A stretch of 64,000 nt of DNA from Bradymonadia bacterium (lineage in GTDB: Bacteria; Myxococcota_A; Bradymonadia; UBA7976; UBA1532). Positions 9,852 to 18,965 of the stretch are shown here, piece by piece. The stretch lies in assembly GCA_046290225.1 (NCBI GenBank), contig JBKAGE010000080.1, positions 3,619 to 67,618 of the forward strand, given 5' to 3'. The notes beneath the pieces are model-generated. The model saw only the letters and a list, made by a program, of their open reading frames with translations. It had not been told where the DNA came from and ran no database searches. Position 1 is the first letter of the stretch. Every line of letters starts with the position of its first letter. The position numbers were made by a program, and so were the translations under genes.

Positions 9852-10655
9852 ATGAGCATCATCGCCGTTCTCAGCGCCAGCCTGCTCGGCAGCCTGCACT
9901 GCGTGGGCATGTGCGGCGGCTTCGTCGCCCTCTACTCCGCCCCGGGCACCGGCGGCTGGCGCGCCCAGAGCGCCTACCACCTCGGGCGCCTGATCTCCTA
10001 CGCCACCCTTGGCGCCCTGGCAGGCTTTGCAGGCTCCCATCTCGATCTCGCCGGGGAGACCCTGCTCGGGGTGCAGCAAGTGGCGGCGGTGGCCATGGGC
10101 GGACTGCTCATTTTCATGGGCATCAAAGCCTTGGGTCTGTTCCCCGCAGCCCAGCGCGCGGCTCAGCACGACACCCCACTCGTACACATAGAAGACCGCA
10201 AGCGCCCGGGGCTGCTCGCCCGTATGCGCCACCGGGTCTCCACGCTCTACCGCAGCAAGGGCCCTGGTCCGGCCTTCGCCGTAGGTCTGTTGTCCACAGT
10301 ACTGCCCTGTGGCTGGCTCTGGGGATTCGTCGCCGTCGCTGCGGCCACGGGCTCGGCCTGGATGGGGGCAGTCTGGATGGCGGCCTTCTGGGTGGGCACG
10401 GTGCCCGCGCTGGGCTCCCTCGGCGTCGCCACCAGGTTGATGGGCAGCGCCCTACGCCCTTACGCCCCCCGCCTCACAGCGGCCGTCATGATCGGCTTCG
10501 GCGTGCTGGCCCTCGCAGGCAAAATGCCTCGCCCCGCCATGGCCCAACACCATCACCACGCCCCAGCAGCCACCACCCACGGCGAGCACACCACCCCTCA
10601 CAACAAGGCCGCACAACCCGAGCTCCCCACCCCCGGCGAGCACCACTGTCACTGA
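9852..10655 (+). CDS. DsbD_2/TauE-SafE-like membrane protein of cco clusters, His-rich tail
   Basis: GSLHCVGMCGG, YHLGRLISY, LPCGWLW, AFWVGTVP. AGGAG RBS. Confidence 0.88.
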   Translation: MSIIAVLSASLLGSLHCVGMCGGFVALYSAPGTGGWRAQSAYHLGRLISYATLGALAGFAGSHLDLAGETLLGVQQVAAVAMGGLLIFMGIKALGLFPAAQRAAQHDTPLVHIEDRKRPGLLARMRHRVSTLYRSKGPGPAFAVGLLSTVLPCGWLWGFVAVAAATGSAWMGAVWMAAFWVGTVPALGSLGVATRLMGSALRPYAPRLTAAVMIGFGVLALAGKMPRPAMAQHHHHAPAATTHGEHTTPHNKAAQPELPTPGEHHCH

Positions 10656-10726
10656 TCGCGCTCCCCCTCACCATTCCGTAACCCCCTCCCCCACAAGCGT
10701 TACCCAAACACCACACCCACAATCAG

Positions 10727-10912
10727 AATCCAGGGCAGGCCATGGGTCCAGAGTCGAACAGTGGCCAGCCCTCCGGGTGTCTTTCCGCTCCCTCCGGCCG
10801 GCTACGCCGCCCTCCACTCGCTCCAAGACATGCAGCCTCAGGCTGCACTGTCCACATCCGTAAAACTCGTGCCCGTGCCCGTGCCCGTGCCCGTGCCCGA
10901 AACTCTCTCTCC
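10727..10912. repeat. Degenerate/solo copy of the (GGCACG)5 fold-back element
   Basis: aactc-(gtgccc)5-gaaactctctct at 10864-10910. Upstream fragments aatccagggcaggccatgggtccag and cctccactcgctccaagacatgcagcctcaggctg resemble the interior of the full copies. Confidence 0.8.
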
Positions 10913-10976
10913 CAACCACCAGCGGCACAGAACCTGCTTCCCCCTCAAAGAAAGCCACCCCAAAGAGGCACCCCCC

Positions 10977-13481
10977 TTGGCATTGAGCGAGACCCACGTG
11001 CCATCCCAGGCAGCCCTCGAAGCAGTGCACTGCACCCACTGCGGGCTCCCGGTCCCCGAAGGCCTCATCGTCGGTGATCGAGAGGGCCCGCAGTTCTGCT
11101 GCAATGGCTGCCGCGCCGTGTATCAGATCATGTCCGACAACGGCCTCGGTGGGTTCTACGGACTGCGAGATCGTACAGGGGGCGCCCCCCGTGGCGTCGC
11201 CGTCGACGAAGAGTCCCTCGCCGGCGCCGACGCATACGCTCACTATGACGATCCCACCTTCATCGACGCCCACACCCGAGCCCACACCGAAGGTCAGCGC
11301 ACCATCGACCTGTATGCCGACGGCGTGCACTGCGCAGCCTGCGTGTGGGTCATGGAGCGGTTGCCCCAGGTGATGCCTGGGGTCGACACAGCCAGTCTGT
11401 CCCTCGCCGATCAGCGACTGCGTTTGAGCTGGTGGCCCGAGCAGGTCTCATTGGGGCAGATCGGTGGCTTCCTGCATCGACTCGGCTACGCCACCCATCC
11501 GCTCGGAGAGGCCGCTGATGCCGCCCGCAAAGCGGCCCGACGTGGCACTCTGATCCGGCTGGCCGTGGCCTTCGCCCTCGCAGGCAACACCATGCTCCTC
11601 GCCGCAGCGCTCTATGCCGGCGAGGGCACCCTCGATCCCACCATGGCCCGGTTCTTCGAATGGCTCAGCTTCGGCCTCGCCATCCCCGCAGTGACCTATG
11701 GCGCCTGGCCCTTTTACAGGGGCGCGCTCTCAGGTCTGCGGATGGGTCGGCCCCACATGGACCTCCCCGTGTCGCTGGGGCTGCTCGGCGGCTTCTTCGC
11801 CAGCGCCTATGCCACCATCACTCACCAGGGGCATGTCTACTTCGACTCGGTCACCGTATTGGTGTTTCTGTTATTGCTCGGCCGCTATGTGCAAAGCCGC
11901 GGACAGCAAGCTGCCATGACCGGCACCGAGCTCATGACCGCCCTCACGCCAGGGACCGCTTGGCGACGCATCGAGTTCGACGGGGCCCTCGAGTTTCGCC
12001 CCGCCTCGGTGAACACGCTGGTGGCAGGCGACGTGGTCCGGGTCCGCGCTGGGGAGACCTGCCCGGTGGATGGCAAAATCCACATCGGTGAGACCCACGT
12101 CGACGCCAGCCTGCTCACCGGTGAGAGCCGACCAGTGCCCGTAGGGCCTGGCGCCCCTGTGTATGCCGGCACGGTGAACATCGACGACGAGGTGCTCATC
12201 GAAGTGCAGGCCTCAGGGGCCTCGACCCGACTGGGGCGCCTCGCCGCTCTCGTCGACCAGGCTGATCCACATCGCGCTCCAGTGGTGCGGCTCTCAGATC
12301 GCATCGCCGGCATCTTCGTCTCCGTGGTCATCGGTCTCGCCGTCGCCGGGGGCGTGGCGTGGAGCTTCATCGACGCCGAGCGGATCTTCGACGTGGTGGT
12401 GTCGCTGCTGGTGGTCTCGTGCCCGTGTGCTCTGGGCCTCGCCACCCCCGTGGCCCTCGCCGTGGCTCGGGGCCGCGCCGCCCGCTCGGGCATTCTGATT
12501 CGCTCCACCACCGCGTTGGAGCGGCTGGTCCGTGTGCAGCAGGTCGTGCTCGACAAGACCGGCACCCTCACCGAAGGGCAGCTCACCGTCTCAGGTGCAC
12601 ACTGGAGCCCTCATGTCGAGCCCGCCCACCTGTGCGCCAGCATCGAAGCCCTCGAGCGACGCTCCAGCCATCCCGTGGCCCGGGCGGTGGCGCAGTGGGC
12701 TGGCCAGCACGCAGGCCTCTCCTCAACGCTCCAGGTCACTGACGTGCAAGAGCAGCCCAGCAAGGGGATCGCCGGTCGCATAGAAGATCGCCACATCATC
12801 GTGGGTCGGCTGGGATGGGCCGAGGGCGACAAGACCCTACCCCCTGATCTACACACCGCCGCAGATCAGGCGCTCCGTGCCGGCCACAGCGTCGTGCTCG
12901 TCGTCTGTGAGGGTGAGCCCGTGGGCGTCCTGGTCATGTCCGATCAGATTCGGCAGGACACACCTGCAGCCCTGAGCCGGCTCAGGGCTCTGGGGCTCGG
13001 CCTCTCGGTCCAGAGTGGCGATCACCCGCACGTGGTGGCCGAGATCGCCCGTCGGCTCGAGATCGACCAGGCCACAGGGGCGGCCAGCCCGGAAGACAAG
13101 GCCGCCGCTGTCACCGAGAGCCCCCACGTGGCCATGATCGGCGATGGGATCAACGACGCGCCAGCCCTACGTCAGGCCGAGGTGGGCATCGCCGTCGCCG
13201 GCGGCGCCGAAGCCGCGCTGCAGGTGGCCGACGTCTACCTCACCCGGCCGGGCCTCGACACCGTGGCCGACGTCTTCGAGGGTGCCCACCGTACCTTCGC
13301 CATCATCCGCCGAAACCTCGTCTTCTCGTTGCTCTACAACGTGCTGTTCGCCTCGCTGGCCCTCGCCGGTGAGATCACCCCCCTCGCCGCGGCGGTGCTG
13401 ATGCCCATCAGCAGTCTCACCGTCGTGGCTTCTTCTGTCTTCGGCCGTACCTGGCGGCCTCACCGTGAGCACCGGTCATGA
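10977..13481 (+). CDS. ccoI: Cu-translocating P1B-type ATPase CcoI/FixI
   Basis: CTHCGLPVP...FCCNGC, HCAAC, TGES, CPCALGL, DKTGT, HP, GDGINDAP, YN..M. Start uncertain: TTG 10977 after GAGG; the longer ORF-track start runs through the repeat. Confidence 0.93.
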   Translation: MALSETHVPSQAALEAVHCTHCGLPVPEGLIVGDREGPQFCCNGCRAVYQIMSDNGLGGFYGLRDRTGGAPRGVAVDEESLAGADAYAHYDDPTFIDAHTRAHTEGQRTIDLYADGVHCAACVWVMERLPQVMPGVDTASLSLADQRLRLSWWPEQVSLGQIGGFLHRLGYATHPLGEAADAARKAARRGTLIRLAVAFALAGNTMLLAAALYAGEGTLDPTMARFFEWLSFGLAIPAVTYGAWPFYRGALSGLRMGRPHMDLPVSLGLLGGFFASAYATITHQGHVYFDSVTVLVFLLLLGRYVQSRGQQAAMTGTELMTALTPGTAWRRIEFDGALEFRPASVNTLVAGDVVRVRAGETCPVDGKIHIGETHVDASLLTGESRPVPVGPGAPVYAGTVNIDDEVLIEVQASGASTRLGRLAALVDQADPHRAPVVRLSDRIAGIFVSVVIGLAVAGGVAWSFIDAERIFDVVVSLLVVSCPCALGLATPVALAVARGRAARSGILIRSTTALERLVRVQQVVLDKTGTLTEGQLTVSGAHWSPHVEPAHLCASIEALERRSSHPVARAVAQWAGQHAGLSSTLQVTDVQEQPSKGIAGRIEDRHIIVGRLGWAEGDKTLPPDLHTAADQALRAGHSVVLVVCEGEPVGVLVMSDQIRQDTPAALSRLRALGLGLSVQSGDHPHVVAEIARRLEIDQATGAASPEDKAAAVTESPHVAMIGDGINDAPALRQAEVGIAVAGGAEAALQVADVYLTRPGLDTVADVFEGAHRTFAIIRRNLVFSLLYNVLFASLALAGEITPLAAAVLMPISSLTVVASSVFGRTWRPHREHRS

Positions 13482-14890
13482 ACCACCGACTTGCCCCCCC
13501 AGAGGCCCTGCCCCGCCTCGAAGCGGACCTGATTCAGAAGATGAACGTCCGCGGACCTCGGTACACCAGCTACCCTCCGGTGCCACTCTGGACATCTGAC
13601 TTCGGGGCTCCGGATCTCGAAGCGGCCCTGTCGACGGCTGCACAGGCGGGGGCCAAAGCACCACTCTCGCTCTACATTCACGTACCGTTCTGCAAATCGC
13701 TCTGCACGTATTGTGGCTGCAACGTGGTGGTGAGCCGGGATCGGGCTCGAATGGACGCCTACGTCGATCGGGTGCTCGTAGAGCTCGACCTGCTCGCGGA
13801 GCGGCTCGGTGATCGCAACACCCTCTCCCGGATTCATTGGGGCGGGGGCACCCCCACCTGGCTCGACGACGATCAGCTCAAACGACTCTGGTATGGGATC
13901 CAGAGCAGCTTCACCCTGCAAAAGGGCGCCGAGATCGCCGTGGAGCTCCACCCGGGCATCACCGACATCGAGCGCTTGCAGCGACTTCGAGGGCTGGGCT
14001 TCAACCGGTTGTCCATGGGTGTGCAGGACTTCGACCCCGCTGTGCAGCAGGCCATCGGCCGGGTCCAGAGCATCAGCCACACCGCTTGTCTCGTGAGCGC
14101 CGCCCGAGCGCTGGGTTTCGAGAGCATCAACTTCGACCTCGTCTACGGGCTGCCAGCCCAGACCCTGAAAACCTGGCAGCACACCCTCGACGTCGTCGCC
14201 GATATGGCCCCCGACCGGCTCGCCATCTATGGCTTCGCCTACCTGCCGGAGCAACGGGCCAATCAGCGTAAAATCGATGCCAGCCAGCTGCCGACCCCCG
14301 CAACCCGTGTCGAGCTGTTCACCGCAGCCTATGGCCATTTCGTCGAACACGGCATGGTGCCCATCGGCATGGATCACTTCGCCCGGCCCGACGACGAGCT
14401 CGCTGTGGCCCAACGGGCCCGGCGGCTGTGGCGCGACTTTCAGGGCTACACCGTCAAACGGGCCCACGACACCATCGCCGTGGGGGCCACGGCCATCAGC
14501 GACGTCGGCGGCGCCTATGCACAGAACGTGAGCCGGCTCGGGGTGTACGGCGAGCACGTCGATCGCGGTGAGCTGCCCGTCGCTCGGGGCATCAAGCTCA
14601 CCGCTGAGGACCAGCTGCGACGACAGCTCATCACCCAGATCATGTGCAATTTCTGGGTCGATCTCGCCGACTTCTCCCCAGAGGGCCGCGATGTGGCCAC
14701 GGTGCACGCCCGATATGCCCACGAGCTCGAAGCCCTCGAGCCCCTTGTCGCCGACGATCTGGTCGATTGTGAAGGCACCGAGTTGAGCCTGACACCGCGA
14801 GGTCGGCTGTTCGTCCGCAATCTGGCCATGATCTTCGATCCTCATCTGCAGACTGGAAGGCCTCAGGCCCGATACTCACGGACCATCTGA
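13478..14890 (+). CDS. hemN: Oxygen-independent coproporphyrinogen III oxidase
   Basis: GPRYTSYP, YIHVPFCKSLCTYCGC (radical SAM), HWGGGTPT, GMDHFA, RDFQGY. Confidence 0.95.
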   Translation: MNHRLAPPEALPRLEADLIQKMNVRGPRYTSYPPVPLWTSDFGAPDLEAALSTAAQAGAKAPLSLYIHVPFCKSLCTYCGCNVVVSRDRARMDAYVDRVLVELDLLAERLGDRNTLSRIHWGGGTPTWLDDDQLKRLWYGIQSSFTLQKGAEIAVELHPGITDIERLQRLRGLGFNRLSMGVQDFDPAVQQAIGRVQSISHTACLVSAARALGFESINFDLVYGLPAQTLKTWQHTLDVVADMAPDRLAIYGFAYLPEQRANQRKIDASQLPTPATRVELFTAAYGHFVEHGMVPIGMDHFARPDDELAVAQRARRLWRDFQGYTVKRAHDTIAVGATAISDVGGAYAQNVSRLGVYGEHVDRGELPVARGIKLTAEDQLRRQLITQIMCNFWVDLADFSPEGRDVATVHARYAHELEALEPLVADDLVDCEGTELSLTPRGRLFVRNLAMIFDPHLQTGRPQARYSRTI

Positions 14891-14988
14891 CCGCAGAGCG
14901 AGGCAACCCCTCGGGCTTTTGGCCGGATTCTTAGAGCCTGGAGAGAACCGTGATATGAACTGAATCGTCAGCGTCGGAGAGTACGTGC

Positions 14989-15366
14989 ATGTCGCTCATG
15001 GACATGTCCCCCCAGGACATTCTGGTCATAGATGACGAGGAGCTGCTCCGCGGCACCTTGAATCGGTTGCTCACTCACCTTGGCCACACAGTGACCGAGG
15101 CCCGAGATGGTATCGAAGCGCTCAACATATATGACGGAGCCACTCGGTCCCCATTGGTGATCCTCGACATCAACATGCCAGGTCTGACACCAGAAGAGAT
15201 CGTAGCGGGCATCATCGAGCGCAACCCCGGCGCCCGCATCATCCTCACATCTGGCGAATACGACGCCTCCCGCATCGAACAGCTGTGCGCCCGTGGGGCC
15301 GAGCAGTTTCTCGCCAAGCCCTTCAGCCTCGAAGAGCTCACCCGGGCCCTCAAACCCTGCACATGA
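14989..15366 (+). CDS. Single-domain response regulator (CheY-like)
   Basis: ILVIDDE, VILDINMPG, LTSG, FLAKPF. Confidence 0.9.
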   Translation: MSLMDMSPQDILVIDDEELLRGTLNRLLTHLGHTVTEARDGIEALNIYDGATRSPLVILDINMPGLTPEEIVAGIIERNPGARIILTSGEYDASRIEQLCARGAEQFLAKPFSLEELTRALKPCT

Positions 15367-15370
15367 CACC

Positions 15371-15931
15371 ATGAAGCGCTCCGCCCGCGAGAGACGGTAC
15401 ATGCAGCGCATGGCCATGCGGGCGTGGTGGCTCTCTCGAGCCCCTGTCATCGCTCTGCTGGGCTGGCTCACCGTCGAGCTCATCCTGGGTGCCGACTGGG
15501 TGTTCCTCGACTACGTCAACCTCGCCCTCCACGAAGGCGGGCATATGTTCTTTCGGTGGGCCGGGCAGACCATGCACTTGCTCGGCGGCACTCTCGGGCA
15601 GCTGCTCTTCCCCATCCTCTTCGCGATCTACTTCTTCAGGCGATCCGCCTGGTTTTCGGTCGTCGCCATGATCTGGTGGTGGTTTCAGAGCAGCATCAAC
15701 GTCGCCCGGTATATGGCAGACGCCCTGCCTCAGCGATTGCCACTCGTCGGTGGAGAGATCCACGACTGGGCCACCCTCATGAGCCAGTGGGGGCTCCTGT
15801 TCGAAGCAGACGACATCGCTCAATGGATCAGGGTCATCGGCATGGTGGGCATGGTGCTCTCGCTGGGCATCATGACATGGTGGACCGTGTTCCCCTCACC
15901 AGAAGAGCTGGAGCACAGCGTTCGCGGCTGA
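15371..15931 (+). CDS. Membrane protein with HExxH motif (M50-like peptidase family)
   Basis: VNLALHEGGH, LGGTLGQ, IHDW; several TM segments. Confidence 0.7.
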   Translation: MKRSARERRYMQRMAMRAWWLSRAPVIALLGWLTVELILGADWVFLDYVNLALHEGGHMFFRWAGQTMHLLGGTLGQLLFPILFAIYFFRRSAWFSVVAMIWWWFQSSINVARYMADALPQRLPLVGGEIHDWATLMSQWGLLFEADDIAQWIRVIGMVGMVLSLGIMTWWTVFPSPEELEHSVRG

Positions 15932-15950
15932 GCCTGCCACATGTCTCGGG

Positions 15951-16018
15951 CAGAAGCAGTGCCTGACAGAAGCAGTCCCTGACAACATCGATTCCTGACA
16001 ACATCGATTCCTGACAGC
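15951..16018. repeat. Intergenic 16-bp tandem repeat (CCTGACA core x4)
   Basis: cctgaca starts at 15962, 15978, 15994 and 16010. The middle two units are identical (cctgacaacatcgatt). Confidence 0.85.
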
Positions 16019-16337
16019 ACGCCCTGTCCCTTCAGGACCTCGTTTCAGTGACGCCCTCAGGCCTGTTCCATGGACTTTTCAGCATGGCGGGCCACCCCCG
16101 CACACCTCTTTTTTTTATTCAACCTCTAAAATCGCCACCTCATAATTTGAGCGGCGAATCAAACAAAACACGCCCACCACGCTCTAAGCACCTATAACCA
16201 TTACCAAAAGCAAAAACAGTCGTTTGGTTGCGCATATTTCTCGGGTGTCAACGCTTAATTTATTTTTTTGATACCTACACCTCGGCACACTACCTTCACA
16301 AACGTACTCGAACCGACCAGTCATCCATGTGCAGTGT

Positions 16338-16366
16338 ATACACAGGTGAGTGTTTCATCTGTGTAT
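16338..16366 (+). promoter_or_regulatory. 12-bp inverted repeat just upstream of an RBS (operator or 5'UTR hairpin)
   Basis: atacacaggtga-gtgtt-tcatctgtgtat, about 12 nt before the GAGGAG RBS of the 16391 gene. Confidence 0.45.
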
Positions 16367-16390
16367 CAAGACAAACTAGAGGAGTGTTAT

Positions 16391-17692
16391 ATGCAGATGC
16401 GTCTCAACCGTACCCTTGTGTCCGTTCTTGGTGCTGGCGCGCTTTCCATTGGTGCCCTGAGTGGTTGCGCCGAGGAGACCGACCAGTCAGAAGTGCAGAG
16501 CAGCCAGGAGGCGCTCTCCTCCGCCACCATCAAGGGGCGGGTCTTCGACATGATGGACCTCCCGGTAGCCGGTGCAGAGGCGATTGTGATGAACGGCTCT
16601 CAGCAGACTGAGTACCGCACCTTCGTGGGGGCCGACGGGAGCTACACACTCCGCGACGTGCCCGTGAACCTTCTCTTGAACAAAGAGGCGGTCATCCTCT
16701 TTGTGACCCCCAAGGTGGACCTGCCACCTCTGGGCACGGTGGAGGGTGACTACATCCACGAGATGCCCATGACCATCAACCAGTTCATCGAGCCCCTGGA
16801 GATCGGGGTCAAGGAAGAGATCATGGCCCGGCCGGCCTATGTACCTCTCCAGGCGAAGGGATACACCCTGACCCCCGAGGTGATGGCCAACGGCGGTGAC
16901 TTCACCTGGACCTACCCCGACGACGGGCTCCGCGGTGAGCTGACGGTGACGCTGCGGGTGGCCCCCGGCGCGATGAACGTGCCCGAGGACGTCGACTACC
17001 AGAACGAGCTCACCATGACCCCCGTCGACTACTTCAAGACCCCCATGCGGATCCCCAACGGCGGCGCCGGGGCCCTCTGGACCATCCAGCCTCGGGAGAT
17101 CACCTTCGATCCCCCCGCAGAGATCACCCTCGTGGGCGATCGCGGCGCCCTGCTGGGCTCCCTCTCTGCCGATTCCGAGATCGGCGACGCCATCGAGCTG
17201 TACGGGGCGACCTATGTAGAGGGGTGGTACAAGTTCGGTGACGCGCACATCGCCGATCTCACCGAGGACAAGGTCACCATCGACTCCAACGGCGGCATCA
17301 TCCCCAAGGGCGCCTGGGGCCACGTGCTCGGTGCCGAGGGCGTGAACGCCGCGGTCATCGTGCACTGCAAGGACTGCGACGCCGACGGCAACCTTGTCCC
17401 CGTGGCCTGCCAGATCGACCGTGACCTCTCCGTGGCCCCTCGCCAGCCCGACTGGACCGATGACCAGGTCATGCGCACCGACAACGAGATCCGCGCCCGT
17501 GCCGCCGGCGTCGATCCCTTCGCCATGGCAGCCGTGGGCCTCTGGCTCACCAACGACGGCGCTCAGGCCCGCCTGCACATCACTCAGGCCGACACTCAGG
17601 AAGCCTGGACCTTCACGGCCTACGACGTCGACGTGAACGAGCGCCGCGTGCTCGAAGCCAACTTCTGCGCCGTGGATGGCTTCTACCCCTGA
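16391..17692 (+). CDS. Lipoprotein with carboxypeptidase-regulatory-like (Ig/prealbumin) domain
   Basis: GAGGAG RBS, lipobox LSGC, TIKGRVFD..DLPVAGA...GADGSYTLRDVP. Confidence 0.75.
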   Translation: MQMRLNRTLVSVLGAGALSIGALSGCAEETDQSEVQSSQEALSSATIKGRVFDMMDLPVAGAEAIVMNGSQQTEYRTFVGADGSYTLRDVPVNLLLNKEAVILFVTPKVDLPPLGTVEGDYIHEMPMTINQFIEPLEIGVKEEIMARPAYVPLQAKGYTLTPEVMANGGDFTWTYPDDGLRGELTVTLRVAPGAMNVPEDVDYQNELTMTPVDYFKTPMRIPNGGAGALWTIQPREITFDPPAEITLVGDRGALLGSLSADSEIGDAIELYGATYVEGWYKFGDAHIADLTEDKVTIDSNGGIIPKGAWGHVLGAEGVNAAVIVHCKDCDADGNLVPVACQIDRDLSVAPRQPDWTDDQVMRTDNEIRARAAGVDPFAMAAVGLWLTNDGAQARLHITQADTQEAWTFTAYDVDVNERRVLEANFCAVDGFYP

Positions 17693-17747
17693 TCTCCTGC
17701 TCGCCCCCCTCGCCTCGATCCGTTCACCTCATCTCGGGAGTATTTAC

Positions 17748-18218
17748 ATGAGCCGTCTCATCATGATCGTGTTGTGTGTACTGTCAGGTGCCCTCTTTGG
17801 GTGCGTCGAGGCGACGGATGTGCCCGAGCCTCTCCACGGTGTGCAAATGGGGCAGGACCCCCTCGGGGTCTACAACCCCATCGCCAATGGGGAAGAGATC
17901 CCCGTCATCTACGGCTACCAGGGTGGGTTCCATCTCCCCATGGCCATCCAGGCAGCCGGCGCCGAGCACGGTGAGGTGCTGGAGATGTGGTTCACGGTCA
18001 CCGACATCTCCACGGACGAGGTGGTGGCTCAAAATCGCTTCCTCCGCCAGGTCGACGACATCGACGAGAATGGGAACTTCATCGTCGGCGGGCTCTATGT
18101 GCTCGTCGAGGGTCCCGATCTCGTCGCTGACCGCAAGCTGCGCATTACAGCGGAGATCTCCGATGGCGATGCCGTGTCGTCCGTGGAACGCTGGGTCTGG
18201 TGCGTGAACGAGCACTGA
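17748..18218 (+). CDS. Lipoprotein, myxobacterial-type YG-x-QGGFH family
   Basis: GGGAG RBS, lipobox LFGC, GEEIPVIYGYQGGFHL. Confidence 0.75.
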   Translation: MSRLIMIVLCVLSGALFGCVEATDVPEPLHGVQMGQDPLGVYNPIANGEEIPVIYGYQGGFHLPMAIQAAGAEHGEVLEMWFTVTDISTDEVVAQNRFLRQVDDIDENGNFIVGGLYVLVEGPDLVADRKLRITAEISDGDAVSSVERWVWCVNEH

Positions 18219-18609
18219 TCAGGCTGTGTCTTCGGCAACCTCTCCATGGCCCATGCGCCACCCCCCACCTCCCCCTCGCCTCACTTCGAACACGCCTCCC
18301 TCCTCACGACCAGTCTCTTCCCTTCCTGTGTCTTCATCCCCCTGTTCAACCTGATCGTCCTCTACATTCGGATCGAGTGTGGGTGCAAAGGACGATGAGT
18401 CCATGACACGCTCAACACGTGGCACGACACTGTTGTGTGTTTGCGGTCATGGCGGGCTTCGATGACTCAAGAGTATCTTTCATTTCATTGTATTCCGGCG
18501 CAAAACAGCCTCGGCACCGCGCAGCACATAACACACTGAACTGATTAAACAATCCCCCTAGCCCGAACAAAGCAAAAACAGTTCAGCACGTCAACCTGGC
18601 CTCACCGAC

Positions 18610-18637
18610 TTGCACACACAGTCAACCACACTACAAT
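18610..18637 (+). promoter_or_regulatory. Candidate sigma70 promoter
   Basis: TTGCAC-N16-TACAAT in an AT-rich intergenic region. Confidence 0.5.
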
Positions 18638-18965
18638 ACTCCCTCAGATTCTCACCGGCCAGCAACCCGATGACTCAAATGCACAAGCATGATGGTGTGT
18701 GTGCATCTCATTGATGGGAGATACTCATGAAGATGTTCAACAATGACTCGATGTCCGCGAACAGCACCTCCACCCTGGTCGCCCTCCTGTGCACGAGGCC
18801 CCAGGAAAGAAAACGAACTGACACCAGACGCTCGATAGAGGTCAGGCCAAAGGCGCCTGCATGTGCGGTGAGGGCCACCTGAGCCCACTCTCTGCTCCAT
18901 CGCCGACCACACTCAAGATGACCTCTTATCGTGCCCTACCCCTTTCGATACTCAGGAGTCAGTTC

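Noticed and set aside
10761-10976. N-terminal extension of CcoI in the ORF track
   Set aside because: It runs through the repeat remnant. The family N-terminus (CxHC) begins near 11030 and a better RBS precedes TTG 10977.
15951-16018. Mini-CRISPR interpretation of the 16-bp array
   Set aside because: The 7-bp core and 9-bp duplicated spacers are far too short.
18219-18425. 68-aa minus-strand ORF
   Set aside because: Low-complexity translation of a pyrimidine-rich tract with no convincing RBS; it overlaps the candidate RNA structure.
18597-18614. sigma54-like TGGC...TTGCA
   Set aside because: 12 nt between GG and GC instead of the required 10.
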